A DNA stretch of 64,000 bases from Planctomycetota bacterium (lineage in GTDB: Bacteria; Planctomycetota; GCA-002687715; CAIWVZ01). Position numbers and translations under genes: made by a program. The stretch's first letter is position 1. The number at the start of each line of letters is the position of its first letter. The DNA lies in the NCBI GenBank assembly GCA_044222185.1, contig JBGANV010000002.1, positions 800,001-864,000 of the forward strand, in the 5' to 3' direction. The notes beneath the pieces are model-generated. The model had not been told where the DNA came from. It worked only from the letters and a program-made list of their open reading frames with translations, and did not search any database. This document shows, one piece after another, positions 48,035 to 58,186 of the stretch.

Positions 48035-48604
48035 TCAGCGCAGCCGGTCGAGCGCGAGATTCAGGAGAAGGACGTTCACTCGCGAGCACCCGAGCATGCC
48101 GAACGTCGGACCCTCGGTCAACTCGGCGACGAGCGCCCGCACCCGGGGCTCTTCCAACCCTCGCGCACGCGCCACGCGGGCGACCTGCCGGTAGGCGGCT
48201 TCCGGTGTCACGTGCGGGTCGAGCCCGCTGGCGGATGCGGTGACGAGGTCCACGGGCACGACATCGGCTCCGGCGGGGTCGAGAGCTCGAACCGCCGCGG
48301 CGCGGGCGGAGACCACCGCTGCCAGTGCGGGGTTGGTCGGACCGAGGTTCGAGCCCGCCGAGTTGGCCGCATCGTAGGGGAAGGCCGCCGTCGCCGACGG
48401 CCGACCGTGGAACCATCTCGGCCCTGTGAACGACTGCCCGACCAGCTCGGAGCCGACGACGACGCCGTCCTTCATGACGAAACTCCCCGAAGCGCGATGG
48501 GGGAAGAACACGCGGGCGATCCCGGTGACCGTCAGTGGATAGATGAACCCGAGCAGCAGCGTGAATGCAGCGAGCAGGATGGCTGCTGGGCGGAAGTGAG
48601 TCAT
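48035..48604 (-). CDS. kdpC: K+-transporting ATPase subunit C
   Basis: GSELVGQSF, FHGRPSA, GSNLGP, DLVTASASGLDPH, VNVLLLNLALD. Confidence 0.95.
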   Translation of the reverse strand: MTHFRPAAILLAAFTLLLGFIYPLTVTGIARVFFPHRASGSFVMKDGVVVGSELVGQSFTGPRWFHGRPSATAAFPYDAANSAGSNLGPTNPALAAVVSARAAAVRALDPAGADVVPVDLVTASASGLDPHVTPEAAYRQVARVARARGLEEPRVRALVAELTEGPTFGMLGCSRVNVLLLNLALDRLR

Positions 48605-48612
48605 GGCGATTC

Positions 48613-50712
48613 TCACGCGAGGTGGAGCGCGCTCAGGCACACGTCCACGAGCTTGATGCCGGCGAAGGGGACCAGGAGTCCGCCGACGCCGTAGATGAGT
48701 AGGTTGCGACGCAGGAGACTCTCGGCCGAGGCTGGCCGGAACCGGACACCGCGCAGCGCGAGCGGGATCAGCGCGACGATGATGAGCGCGTTGAAGATGA
48801 CTGCCGACAGGATCGCACTCTGGGGCGTCTTCAGCCCCATGACGTTCAGTGCTCCGAGAGCGGGATGCGTGGCTGCGAACGCGGCCGGGATGATCGCGAA
48901 GTACTTCGAGACGTCGTTGGCGAGACTGAACGTCGTCAGCGCGCCCCGCGTGATGAGCAGCTGCTTGCCGATCTCGACGATCTCGATGAGCTTCGTCGGA
49001 TTGGAGTCGAGGTCCACCATGTTGGCGGCTTCCTTCGCCGCCTGCGTGCCCGAGTTCATGGCGACGGCGACGTCGGCCTGGGCCAGGGCGGGCGCGTCGT
49101 TCGTGCCGTCGCCCGTCATGGCGACGAGGTGGCCGCGACTCTGATGCTCGCGGATCAGTGCGAGCTTGCGCTCCGGCGTCGCGAGCGCGAGGAAATCGTC
49201 CACGCCAGCTTCGGCGGCGATCGACGCCGCCGTCATGGGGTTGTCGCCGGTGATCATCACCGTGCGGATGCCCATTCGGCGCAACTCGCCGAAGCGCTCG
49301 CGGATGTCGCGCTTGAGCACGTCCTTCAGGTGGATCACGCCCAGGACCTGGGCTCCGTCGGAGACCACGAGCGGGGTGCCACCGCTCTTGGCGATCGCCA
49401 TGACTGCATCTCGCACGTCCTTCGGGATCACGCCGCCCTGCGGACGGATCCAGTCGGCCACCGCGTCTTCGGCGCCCTTGCGGAGGCGGCGACCGTCCGG
49501 CAGGTCGACACCGCTCATGCGCGTCTCCGCGGAGAACGGCACGAAGGTTCCGCACACGGCGCGGACGTCGCGGGGCGCGAGCCCGAAGCGCTCGCGCGCG
49601 AGCGCGACGATGCTGCGGCCCTCCGGCGTCTCGTCGGCGAGCGACGCGATCTGCGCCACGTCGGCCAGCCGTTCGCGCGTGATGCCGTTCGCGGGCGTGA
49701 ATTCGATCGCCTGGCGGTTGCCGAGCGTGATCGTCCCCGTCTTGTCGAGCAGCAGAACGCTGACGTCACCTGCGGCTTCGACGGCGCGACCTGACGTGGC
49801 GATGACGTTGTGTCGCACCATGCGGTCCATTCCGGCGATCCCGATGGCGGAAAGGAGCGCGCCGATCGTCGTGGGGATGAGGCACACGAGGAGCGCGATC
49901 AGGACCACGAGCGACAGCCCGCCGCTTGCGCCGCCGAACGCCGAGAACGGCCGCAGTGTGACCGTCACCACGAGGAAGACGATCGTCAGTCCGGCGAGCA
50001 GGATGTCGAGGGCGATCTCGTTCGGGGTCTTCTTCCGGCGTGCGCCTTCGACGAGCGCGATCATGCGGTCGAGGAAGGTGGAGCCAGCCTCGGTTGCGAC
50101 CTCGACGACGAGCCAGTCGGAAAGGACGCGCGTCCCGCCGGTGACGGCACTGCGGTCGCCGCCGGCCTCGCGAATCACTGGAGCGCTCTCGCCAGTGATG
50201 GCGCTCTCGTCGACGGACGCGATTCCTTCCTTCACGTCGCCGTCGCATGGGATGATCTCGCCGGCCTCGACGATCACCCAATCACCCTTGGACAGGCTCG
50301 ACGACGGCACCTTCTCGAAGAATGCCTCGCGCGAGTGCTCGAACAGGCGGCGGGCGATCACGTTCTCGCGCGTCTTCCGCAGTTCGTCCGCCTGCGCCTT
50401 GCCCCGTCCCTCGGCGACGGCCTCGGCGAAGTTCGCGAAGATCAGCGTGAACCACAGCCACGCGGAGATCGCGATCTCGAAGCCGACGTCGCCGCCGCCT
50501 CGGTGCAGCGTCCATGCGACGTTCACCGTGGTGAGGGCGGAACCCACCCAGACGACGAACATCACGGGGTTTCGGAGCTGGCGCTGCGGCGCGAGCCGGA
50601 CGATGGCGTCGCGGATCGCGCGACGGATCAACGGGCCTCGGAAGCCCGACCGCGAGACGCGAGCCTTCTGGTCCGGCTGGATACGGCTGACGGCATTCAT
50701 GGGATCGATCAC
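48613..50712 (-). CDS. kdpB: K+-transporting ATPase subunit B (start GTG 50712 or ATG 50700)
   Basis: [28 protein letters not shown]. Confidence 0.96.
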   Translation of the reverse strand: MIDPMNAVSRIQPDQKARVSRSGFRGPLIRRAIRDAIVRLAPQRQLRNPVMFVVWVGSALTTVNVAWTLHRGGGDVGFEIAISAWLWFTLIFANFAEAVAEGRGKAQADELRKTRENVIARRLFEHSREAFFEKVPSSSLSKGDWVIVEAGEIIPCDGDVKEGIASVDESAITGESAPVIREAGGDRSAVTGGTRVLSDWLVVEVATEAGSTFLDRMIALVEGARRKKTPNEIALDILLAGLTIVFLVVTVTLRPFSAFGGASGGLSLVVLIALLVCLIPTTIGALLSAIGIAGMDRMVRHNVIATSGRAVEAAGDVSVLLLDKTGTITLGNRQAIEFTPANGITRERLADVAQIASLADETPEGRSIVALARERFGLAPRDVRAVCGTFVPFSAETRMSGVDLPDGRRLRKGAEDAVADWIRPQGGVIPKDVRDAVMAIAKSGGTPLVVSDGAQVLGVIHLKDVLKRDIRERFGELRRMGIRTVMITGDNPMTAASIAAEAGVDDFLALATPERKLALIREHQSRGHLVAMTGDGTNDAPALAQADVAVAMNSGTQAAKEAANMVDLDSNPTKLIEIVEIGKQLLITRGALTTFSLANDVSKYFAIIPAAFAATHPALGALNVMGLKTPQSAILSAVIFNALIIVALIPLALRGVRFRPASAESLLRRNLLIYGVGGLLVPFAGIKLVDVCLSALHLA

Positions 50713-52418
50713 CGCCCTTTCATCATCAGGTGCTCGACGATCGGGCCGAGCGCGAGCGCCGGCACGAACGTGAGCGCAGCAACCAGGAGGACCGATCCGA
50801 GCAACAGCACGACGAAGAGGACGCCGTGGGTCGGTAGCGTCCCCGGGCCCGCAGGGATCGACTTCTTCGCGGCGAGCGAGCCGGCGATGGCGAGCACGGG
50901 AATCGCGAGGAAGTAGCGGCCGAGCACCATCGCCACGCCCAGAACCGTGTCGTAGAAAGGCGTGTTCGCGCCGAGTCCCGCGAACGCGCTCCCGTTGTTG
51001 TTCGCCGCCGACGAGAAGGCGTAGAGAATCTCCGAGAACCCGTGGGGTCCCGGGTTGGCGATCCCGGCGAGACCCGCCTCGCACGAGACCGCGAGCGCCG
51101 TGCCCATCAGGACGGTGAGCACGGGGATCAGGACGACGAGGGACGCCATCTTGATCTCGAAGGCTTCGATCTTCTTGCCCAGGTACTCGGGCGTGCGACC
51201 GACCATGAGCCCCGCGATGAACACGGCGATGATCGCGAAGACGAGCATGCCGTAAAGACCCGAGCCGACGCCGCCGAACACCACCTCGCCGAGCTGCATG
51301 AAGAGCATCTGGACGAGGCCGCCCATGGGAACGAACGAGTCGTGCATCGCGTTGACGGAGCCGTTCGACGCGGCCGTCGTCGCCGCGGACCACAGGGCCG
51401 ATTCGGCTGCGCCGAAACGGACCTCCTTGCCTTCGAGGTTCGGGACGCTGGCCCCCGAAGGCGCCCCGACGGCCGCCGACAGCGTCGGTGTTCCGTTCGT
51501 CTCGCCGGCGATCACGGAGGCCGCGAGCGGCACGAACAGGAGCATCATCGCGATGAAGATCACGCGCCCCTGGCGCCCGTCACCGACGAGCCGGCCGAAC
51601 GTGAAGCACAGCGCCGCGGGAAGGAGGAGGATCGAGAACAGTTCGAGGAACCCCGTCAGCGGCGTTGGGTTCTCGAACGGATGCGCGGAGTTCGCGTTGA
51701 AGAACCCGCCGCCGTTCGTGCCGAGTTGCTTGATGGCGACCTGCGAGGCCACGGGGCCGAGCGGGATCGTCTGCGTTGCGACCGTCGCTGAATCGAGTCC
51801 GCGCACGGACGTGCTCGGGGAGAGCGACTGCACGACGCCGAGGCCGCACAGCGTGATCGCGAGCACGAACGAGAGCGGGAGAAGGACGTAGACGACGCTG
51901 CGAACGAGGTCGGCCCAGAAGTTCCCGATTGTCGTGGATTCGCGTCGCGAAAAGCCCCGCACGAACGCGACGAGAACGGCGATTCCCGTTGCAGCCGACA
52001 CGAAGTTCTGCACTCCGAGTGCGGCCATCTGCGAGAGGTGGCTCATGGTCGATTCGCCGCCGTAGGACTGCCAGTTCGTGTTCGTGGCGAAGCTCAACGC
52101 GGTGTTCAGCGCGCAGTCTGGTGACACGGCGGGCAGGTGATCCGGGTTGAGCGGGAGGAGCGGCTGCAGGCGCAGGATGGCGTAGACGGCGCCGGCCCCG
52201 AGCGCGTTGAACACGAGCATGGCGACCGTGTAGGTCTTCCAGCTCATCTCCCGTGCCGGATCGACCTGCGCGACCGCATACAGCGTGCGTTCGATGGGGC
52301 CGAGGACACGCCCGAGTCCCGTGGGCTGACCCATGAACACGCGGGCGATCCAGCGGCCCACGGGAACCCCGAGCGCGCACAGGGCGGAGACTTGGAGGAC
52401 GAGAGGGATCCAGGTCAT
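50709..52418 (-). CDS. kdpA: K+-transporting ATPase subunit A
   Basis: [29 protein letters not shown]. Confidence 0.96.
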   Translation of the reverse strand: MTWIPLVLQVSALCALGVPVGRWIARVFMGQPTGLGRVLGPIERTLYAVAQVDPAREMSWKTYTVAMLVFNALGAGAVYAILRLQPLLPLNPDHLPAVSPDCALNTALSFATNTNWQSYGGESTMSHLSQMAALGVQNFVSAATGIAVLVAFVRGFSRRESTTIGNFWADLVRSVVYVLLPLSFVLAITLCGLGVVQSLSPSTSVRGLDSATVATQTIPLGPVASQVAIKQLGTNGGGFFNANSAHPFENPTPLTGFLELFSILLLPAALCFTFGRLVGDGRQGRVIFIAMMLLFVPLAASVIAGETNGTPTLSAAVGAPSGASVPNLEGKEVRFGAAESALWSAATTAASNGSVNAMHDSFVPMGGLVQMLFMQLGEVVFGGVGSGLYGMLVFAIIAVFIAGLMVGRTPEYLGKKIEAFEIKMASLVVLIPVLTVLMGTALAVSCEAGLAGIANPGPHGFSEILYAFSSAANNNGSAFAGLGANTPFYDTVLGVAMVLGRYFLAIPVLAIAGSLAAKKSIPAGPGTLPTHGVLFVVLLLGSVLLVAALTFVPALALGPIVEHLMMKGR

Positions 52419-52422
52419 GACG

Positions 52423-52515
52423 TCACTCGATCGATTCGGGTCGCAGCAGCGCGACGAAGAGGTAGATCAAGAGCCCGACGGCGAGGACGCAGGCGATCGC
52501 GGTCATGGTCTCCAT
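52423..52515 (-). CDS. kdpF: KdpF micropeptide (30 aa)
   Basis: Translated by hand: METMTAIACVLAVGLLIYLFVALLRPESIE; YLxxALxxPE signature directly upstream of kdpA. Confidence 0.88.
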   Translation of the reverse strand: METMTAIACVLAVGLLIYLFVALLRPESIE

Positions 52516-52521
52516 GGACGC

Positions 52522-52605
52522 TCACTTCACGCGTTCGCAGAGACCCGCGAACGCGAACGCGGCGAGGAAGAGGACGGCGAGGACGGCGACGCAGATCAGG
52601 TCCAT
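52522..52605 (-). CDS. Second hydrophobic kdp-associated micropeptide (27 aa)
   Basis: Translated by hand: MDLICVAVLAVLFLAAFAFAGLCERVK; AAGGAG RBS; ends 6 nt before the kdpF start. Confidence 0.75.
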   Translation of the reverse strand: MDLICVAVLAVLFLAAFAFAGLCERVK

Positions 52606-52676
52606 CGGGGGCTCCTTCAGGGACACGTGGAGTTGTAGGAGCGGGCACGTGGACGTCGCGCAGAGTTGGGACCTTT

Positions 52677-52696
52677 CGGCGCTAGGGCGGCGCTAG
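52677..52696 (-). promoter_or_regulatory. Candidate KdpE binding site
   Basis: CTAGCGCCG direct repeat with 11-bp period upstream of the kdp operon. Confidence 0.35.
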
Positions 52697-52809
52697 CGAC
52701 GTCGCTTCCTCGTCATCCCGGGCGCGTGCGTTTCCCAGACGGTCGTTGCCAGAAAACGTGAAGGTGTGCCATCATGCCCGGCACCCGGCTTGACAGCCGG
52801 GAAAAGAGC

Positions 52810-54996
52810 ATGCCCAGCGAACTTTCGAGCGTCGTCCACGACAGTGAGCTCGTGAGACGCCGGGTCACCGAATGCCAGCGCAAGATGGTCGGTGATCGGC
52901 GGCGCGGTCGGCTGCTCCCATTCCGCGAGTACCAGGCCGAGTACGACGACGTCGCCGATCTGTGCGTCGAGTTCTTCGGCAAGCTCGCGGAGCTGGAGGG
53001 CGTGCCGCCGAGTTCGCTGGCCTCGGCCATGGCGAGCCCGTCCGTGGTCGTCGTCGAGCCCGCGAAGGCCCCGGCTCGTGCCGACGAGCGCAAGACGGGT
53101 CCCTACATCCTCGAGGGACGGCTCGGCCGCGGTTGGTCCGGCGAGGTGTTCCTCGCGCACAAGGCCGACCTCCCCGAGGTCAAGTACGCGATCAAGCACT
53201 TCGTGAGCGTGGGGCGCTCTGAGTACTTCGACATCCTGAAGCGGGAGGCTTCGGTGCTCGCGAAGCTGCGCGGCCTCGCCAGCATCTGCCAGTTCGTCGA
53301 ATTCGGCATCGATCGCGGGATCCCGTTCCTGGTGACGTCGTACGTGAAGGGACCGACGCTCGAGGACTGCCTTCGCCAGACCCCCGGGAACGTGAGCGAG
53401 TTTCCCGATCGCGAGCCGAGCTTCGTGTTCGATCCGGACGATCCGATCGCCGTGCTCCCCGGGCCGGCGAGTTCTCTGGCCGAGCCGGTGGCGGATCCGA
53501 ACGACATCTCCACGAGCGTCGTTACCGTACCCGATGCCGTCATCGCGTTGCCATCGGCGGTGCCCGGCGACCGTCCGCCACCGAGCGGGCTGCGGGGACG
53601 CCTGGCGCGGCTGCGCGCGCGCGTCACCGACGGGATCGATCGCCGGCGGGCGCAGCGCGCCGATTACCCGGCGACTGCCGAGCGCATCAAGGACTGGATC
53701 CGCTTCTTCGAGCTGGCGGCGCGGGCCCTCGGCGAGGCGCATCGACTCGGCATCGTCCATCGCGATCTCAAACCCGCGAACGTGATCATCAACGAACGCG
53801 GCGAGCCCGTGGTTCTCGACTTCGGTTTCGCGCTCGACAGCCGCGACAAGTTCGACTCGCTCGACAGCATGGGAATTCTCGTCGGCACCGTGTCGTGCAT
53901 GTCCCCGGAACAGTTGATGGAGAACTACCTCCCCGTCGATGCGCGCACGGACGTGTGGTCGCTCGGCGTATGCATGTATCGCGTGTTCACGGGGCACCAC
54001 CCGTTTGCCCACGGCATCCTGACCAACAAGGCTCCGCTGCGGGCGGCGGACAAGGGGGTGCTCTTCGGCGAGATCATGGTCAAGGAGACGGATCCGCCGC
54101 ACCGCTTCAACCGCTCGATCCCGCGCATGCTCGAGCAGGTGATCATGACGTGCCTGCAGAAGGACCGCGATCGGCGCTATCGCGACGGCAACGAACTCGC
54201 CGAAGACCTGCGCCGCATCCGGCAGGGATATCCGATCCTGAAGGACCGCGTCCCGCTGGCGCGGCGCTACGTCCTGCAGTTTCGACGCAAGCCCGAGCGA
54301 ACGCTGCTCGTCACGCTCGCATGCTTGATCCTCGTGGGTAGTGCGTCCTGGGGGATCCTGCGCCGGTTCGACGCCGTCAACGCACTGAAGATCGCAGGGC
54401 CGAACCTCTCGCCCGCCGAAGTGACCCACAAGGCGGACTTCGTCATCGAGGCCACGGGGCATCTCGTCGAGGAAGTGAAGAACCTGCGGAAGAAAAAAGG
54501 CGATCCGACCTGGGACCGGGAGCTCGCCGTCAGCCTTTATCACAAGGGCCTCGCGCTCCTCGACGTGGAGTCGCCCTACAGCGCCAAGTTCGTCGAGCTG
54601 CGGGGCAGGTTCCTCCACCCGTACGAGAAGTGGGTCGAGGGGAATGCCGTCGTCGAGGAGCGATACCTGGACGCGCTGAAGGCTTGGAACCGCGTCTCGC
54701 CCCTGCCCGACAGCCGCCCCGCGAAGAACGAGCTGAAGGCCAAGGTCGACGACGCGAACCGGAACCGGGCCAGGGCGCGGCTCAACTACGAACTGCACCG
54801 CTCGGATCCGCCGACCTACGACGGGGACCACGAGTCCGAGCAGGCGGACTTCAAACTGCGCCAGCTCTTGCGCGACGTTCTGCCGGAGTTGCGGCGCGAG
54901 ACCGAGAGTCTGCACGCCGATCTGAACGATCTGGAGCTGGCGCGGCCCCAACCCGTCGTGGTCGACCCGGGACTGTTCCCGGGGCCACGGGAATGA
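52810..54996 (+). CDS. Membrane Ser/Thr protein kinase with internal insertion (start 52810 or 52774)
   Basis: GRGWSGEV, AIK, HRDLKPAN, DFG, SPEQ, DVWSLG; TM LLVTLACLILVGSASWGIL; helical C-terminus. Confidence 0.88.
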   Translation: MPSELSSVVHDSELVRRRVTECQRKMVGDRRRGRLLPFREYQAEYDDVADLCVEFFGKLAELEGVPPSSLASAMASPSVVVVEPAKAPARADERKTGPYILEGRLGRGWSGEVFLAHKADLPEVKYAIKHFVSVGRSEYFDILKREASVLAKLRGLASICQFVEFGIDRGIPFLVTSYVKGPTLEDCLRQTPGNVSEFPDREPSFVFDPDDPIAVLPGPASSLAEPVADPNDISTSVVTVPDAVIALPSAVPGDRPPPSGLRGRLARLRARVTDGIDRRRAQRADYPATAERIKDWIRFFELAARALGEAHRLGIVHRDLKPANVIINERGEPVVLDFGFALDSRDKFDSLDSMGILVGTVSCMSPEQLMENYLPVDARTDVWSLGVCMYRVFTGHHPFAHGILTNKAPLRAADKGVLFGEIMVKETDPPHRFNRSIPRMLEQVIMTCLQKDRDRRYRDGNELAEDLRRIRQGYPILKDRVPLARRYVLQFRRKPERTLLVTLACLILVGSASWGILRRFDAVNALKIAGPNLSPAEVTHKADFVIEATGHLVEEVKNLRKKKGDPTWDRELAVSLYHKGLALLDVESPYSAKFVELRGRFLHPYEKWVEGNAVVEERYLDALKAWNRVSPLPDSRPAKNELKAKVDDANRNRARARLNYELHRSDPPTYDGDHESEQADFKLRQLLRDVLPELRRETESLHADLNDLELARPQPVVVDPGLFPGPRE

Positions 54997-55066
54997 CCCA
55001 CCGCCGCGAACGTTGGCGGTCGCGCGACCCCCTGCCAGACTCGCCGCACGGAATCGGAGGACGCGG

Positions 55067-55723
55067 ATGAAGATCACCATCGCCTGCACGCTGATGCTTC
55101 TCGTGGCGGTCGCCTGTCAGACGTCCCCTGGAACTGCGAGCAATCAGACGGTGACGTTCGAAGCGCCGGTCGACGTGGTCGGAGCGGCGCCGACCGGCTG
55201 GACGACGGCGGAGATGGCCGGCACGGGTACTGCGGCCGAATGGCGTGTGATCGAGGATCAGAGTGCGCCCGTGAGCGCGAACGTCCTCAACGTCGCAACA
55301 CACAATGCCGAGGCGACCTTCAACATGTGCCTCTTCGACGGGTTGGTTGCGCGTGACGTGGAGGTGTCCGCAAACCTGAAGCCGCTCTCGGGGCAGACCG
55401 ATCAGGGCGGCGGGATCATGTGCCGCGTGCAGGACTCGCTGAACTACGACCTCACGCGCTGGAATCCGCTCGAGCGCAGCGTGCGTCTCTACACCGTTCG
55501 CGGCGGCAAGCGCACCACGCTGCAGAGCGTCGAGATCGACGTCACGCCCGGATGGCACAAGCTCACGCTGCGTTGTACGGGCCGCACGCTGGTCGTCTTC
55601 TTCGACGGGACGAAGGTGACGTCGGCGACCGTCGACGAAGACGAGCGGGCTGGCAAGATCGGCCTGTGGACGAAATCCGACGCGACGACGTCGTTCGACG
55701 ACGTGGACATCCGGCTGCTTTGA
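55067..55723 (+). CDS. Lipoprotein with ConA/LamG-like (DUF1080-like) domain
   Basis: GGAGG RBS; lipobox VAC; DQGGGI, WHKLTL, GKIGLWTKSDATTSFDD. Confidence 0.78.
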   Translation: MKITIACTLMLLVAVACQTSPGTASNQTVTFEAPVDVVGAAPTGWTTAEMAGTGTAAEWRVIEDQSAPVSANVLNVATHNAEATFNMCLFDGLVARDVEVSANLKPLSGQTDQGGGIMCRVQDSLNYDLTRWNPLERSVRLYTVRGGKRTTLQSVEIDVTPGWHKLTLRCTGRTLVVFFDGTKVTSATVDEDERAGKIGLWTKSDATTSFDDVDIRLL

Positions 55724-55945
55724 TCCGGTCGCCGCTCACGCACTGACCGCCGATGCCTGCCCGCGCACGCCGGTTTCCGGCGCCGATTCGCAGGCTTTCC
55801 CAGGGAATCCGGCTCAAGCCGTCGTTCGCGGTGGACGAGATATATCCCTGAAGCAAGACCTGTATCGCGCAGGTCAAAGATCTCAGCAGTGCACCGATCA
55901 GGCGCGTCGGCATGACTGGCGTCCCCGACGGGCAAGAGGACCACG

Positions 55946-56548
55946 ATGAAAGTTCAGAAAACCATGTTGGTTGCGGTGACGTTCGCCCTCACGGCGTTCG
56001 TTGCGTCCGCGCAGGTGTCGGGAACGTCAGGAACGCCGACGGGTAACGACCCGGGTGCAACCGGCGGCACGGCCGTGTCGTCGGACACGCCCGTCGTCGG
56101 CGACCCGTCGCTCGGCGGCAACCCCGGATCGTTCGTCAACGAGCCGACGGCGGTTCCGACGCTCAGTCTGACGGAGTCCCAGGCCTTCTACACTTTCCAG
56201 CTCACGGGCGGCGCCTCGAAGAAGTTCATGGTGCTGTTCTTCGGTGTCCGCGGTGGGACGACCTACCTGGACTACGGGGCCTACGGCGCGGTCAACCTGG
56301 ACATTCTGGCCCCCTCGTTCCCCCAGTTGATCGGCCCGTTCGACCAGAACGGAGCGACGATGTTCATGATCGATCGGCCGGCGACGCTCCCGCGCAATGC
56401 CATCGGGCTGAACCTCGCGCTTCAGGGCGTCTGCGTGGACTTCACCTCGTACTTGGACATGGACGGCATGCTCCAGTACTCGGTGAGCCTCACGCCGACC
56501 AACGTCATCTCGATCTACCTGCAGTCGCAGGCGACGTTCGGAAGTTGA
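55946..56548 (+). CDS. Small secreted protein: signal peptide, low-complexity linker and shared C-terminal domain
   Basis: GAGG RBS; ...FVASA|Q; GPFDQNGA...PATLPRNAIGLNLALQGV...TNVISIYL. Confidence 0.75.
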   Translation: MKVQKTMLVAVTFALTAFVASAQVSGTSGTPTGNDPGATGGTAVSSDTPVVGDPSLGGNPGSFVNEPTAVPTLSLTESQAFYTFQLTGGASKKFMVLFFGVRGGTTYLDYGAYGAVNLDILAPSFPQLIGPFDQNGATMFMIDRPATLPRNAIGLNLALQGVCVDFTSYLDMDGMLQYSVSLTPTNVISIYLQSQATFGS

Positions 56549-56632
56549 GCGGTCCGGTCCGCTGACTCCCATTCGTTCGACGCGGGCGCGGCTGTCTTCG
56601 GGCAGCGGCGCCCGCTTCATTTTCGGCTTCCC

Positions 56633-57934
56633 TCAGAGCAACGGTCGCCCCAGACGCAGCGCTCGTTGGAGCCACCATCCCGCGAAGAGCGACGTCACGA
56701 TCGCGACGAGGACCAGGACGACGTAGAGGCGGTCGTCGATGATCTGGGCGTCGAGCGCCATCGATGCGAGCACGATTCCGGGGCCGCCGCGGGCGTTCAT
56801 CACCATGGCCAGGTTCACGGATCCGTGCTGGGACTGGCCCGCGAGGCGCGCGCCGAAGAAGACACTCGTCGCTTTGATCAGGCACGCGATGGCGGTGAAC
56901 GCGAGGAAGAACGCCAACGGCAGGTGGTGGACCAGGTCCAGGCGAAGCCCGACCATGGCGAAGTAGACGGGAATGAAGAACGCGGACGAGAACTGCCGGA
57001 TCGCCGTGCGAGCCTCGTCGCGCTCGGTCGTCGCCGCGGCCGCGACCATGCCCGCGACGAACGCCCCGAACATGATGTTCACGCCGAGGTAGAGCGCGAG
57101 CAGGGTCAGGCCCATGAGGAACGTGAGGAGGTAGCCCACGGGGCTGCCCCGGTTCACGACGTTCCATTTGTTCAGCGCGAAGAAGCGGAAGGCGCGCCGT
57201 CCGAACCCGAGAGCGAGGCCGAAGAACACCAGGGTGACGATCACGTGGTAGCTCAAGGCCTTGGCGCTGCCCGGCTCGATGTGGAGCTGGCTTGCGAGGC
57301 CGAACTCCCGCGTGCCTGGGGCTCCCGCGACGAGGGAGAGCGCGATCGCGAGGATCACGTAGAGGATGATGTCCTCGATCACGGCCGCACTGAGGACGAT
57401 CCGCGCGAATGGCGTGTCGACGAGGTCCAGGTCCAGAAAGATCTTCGACACGACGGGGATGCTCGTGACGGCGATCGCGATGGCGATCACGAGGTTGAAC
57501 GCCAGGGGGAAGGTCTCGAGGCTGCGGGCGGCACCGTGGAACGACGAGAGGTCGACGAGGGGGCCCAGCGCCAGAGCTATTCCGAATGGGAGGACGGTAC
57601 CCGTGGCCGTGATCCAGGCGGCTGCGCGGCGCTCGGCGGCGGCGAACGACGAGCGAATCTCCATCCCCGAGCAGAACAGGAGGAGGATCAGCCCGAGCTT
57701 GTAGATCGCCGTCAGCATCACGTTGGCGTTCCAGTTGCTGCCGAAGACGGTCCGGTAGAAGTCGGGCAGGAGCTGGCCCGCGACCGTGGGGCCGAGGAGC
57801 AGGCCGCCCATGATCTCGCCGATGACCCGGGGGAGGCGGAGCTGCTGGAACAGGAATCCGACCCCGTGCGCACAGGTCAGAAGTGCGGCCAGCGCGAGCA
57901 GAACGTGGGCGTGGGCAAGGTCGAAATCACTCAT
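56633..57934 (-). CDS. Cation:proton antiporter (CPA2 family)
   Basis: PRVIGEIMGGLLLGPT, TSIPV, AAVIEDI, FGAFVAG, FFIPVYF, MNARG. Confidence 0.9.
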   Translation of the reverse strand: MSDFDLAHAHVLLALAALLTCAHGVGFLFQQLRLPRVIGEIMGGLLLGPTVAGQLLPDFYRTVFGSNWNANVMLTAIYKLGLILLLFCSGMEIRSSFAAAERRAAAWITATGTVLPFGIALALGPLVDLSSFHGAARSLETFPLAFNLVIAIAIAVTSIPVVSKIFLDLDLVDTPFARIVLSAAVIEDIILYVILAIALSLVAGAPGTREFGLASQLHIEPGSAKALSYHVIVTLVFFGLALGFGRRAFRFFALNKWNVVNRGSPVGYLLTFLMGLTLLALYLGVNIMFGAFVAGMVAAAATTERDEARTAIRQFSSAFFIPVYFAMVGLRLDLVHHLPLAFFLAFTAIACLIKATSVFFGARLAGQSQHGSVNLAMVMNARGGPGIVLASMALDAQIIDDRLYVVLVLVAIVTSLFAGWWLQRALRLGRPLL

Positions 57935-58186
57935 GGCGGGTGAACGGGCAGCGGATGATATCCCTCTCCAGATCAAAGAGATCGGTTCACGACGCATTCC
58001 CTTCATCGGCAGGGATCGGCCCGGGGTGGCGACCGGTCCGGCCGCTTTAAAGGGCGGGGGCCGTGTACTACCCTCTCCAGCCTTTCGCCGACCGGGCTGC
58101 TCGAAGTCGCCCCGGATCTCACGTGACGGGCCTGTGAACGCACCTATCACTGGATCGTAAACCCAATCGCATCGGCAAGTTGCGGC

